Assembly (NCBI RefSeq): GCF_001194135.2
Contig: NC_068993.1
Span: 44,017,216-44,066,786 of the forward strand
Length of the DNA stretch: 49,571 nt
Direction: 5' to 3'
DNA from: Octopus bimaculoides
Taxonomy: Eukaryota
Numbering within the stretch: position 1 is the first letter of the stretch; every line of letters starts with the position of its first letter. The notes beneath the pieces were generated by a model, which was not told the origin of the DNA, did no database searches, and worked only from the letters and a program-made list of their open reading frames with translations. This document shows, piece by piece, positions 49,553 to 49,571 of this stretch. A program made the position numbers and the translations under genes.

Positions 49553-49571
49553 ATATATATATATATATATA

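Overview
AT-rich, microsatellite- and SINE-dense animal genomic DNA with many N gaps. The repeat landscape resembles an Octopus draft assembly (inference). One host gene can be reconstructed on the + strand: a Cys-loop (pentameric) ligand-gated anion channel of the GlyR/GluCl/GABA-A group. Seven coding exons (19037-19107, 22531-22598, 28037-28263, 31262-31344, 32735-32881, 37851-38236, 42125-42286) have AG/GT boundaries and phases 2-1-0-2-1-1-0. They join into one open frame of about 381 aa. The signal-peptide exon was not found. The pore carries the PAR anion motif, but the agonist pocket is rewired relative to GlyR alpha1 (F44D, F63V, R65E, R119H, S129R, E157Q, loop C lacking Y202/T204), so the ligand is probably not glycine, GABA or glutamate. 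The rest of the window is mobile DNA: tRNA-type SINEs, Dong/R4-like RLE retrotransposon relics, an L1/Tx1-like ORF1, a Penelope-like GIY-YIG element, and fold-back mariner derivatives. The main non-coding discovery is three distinct families of minimal type I hammerhead ribozyme motifs: a canonical-core one in sense orientation in the channel's last intron, one with a swapped G3:C8 core pair, and one with a non-A at core position 6. An inverted SINE pair also tightly brackets the ligand-binding exon.
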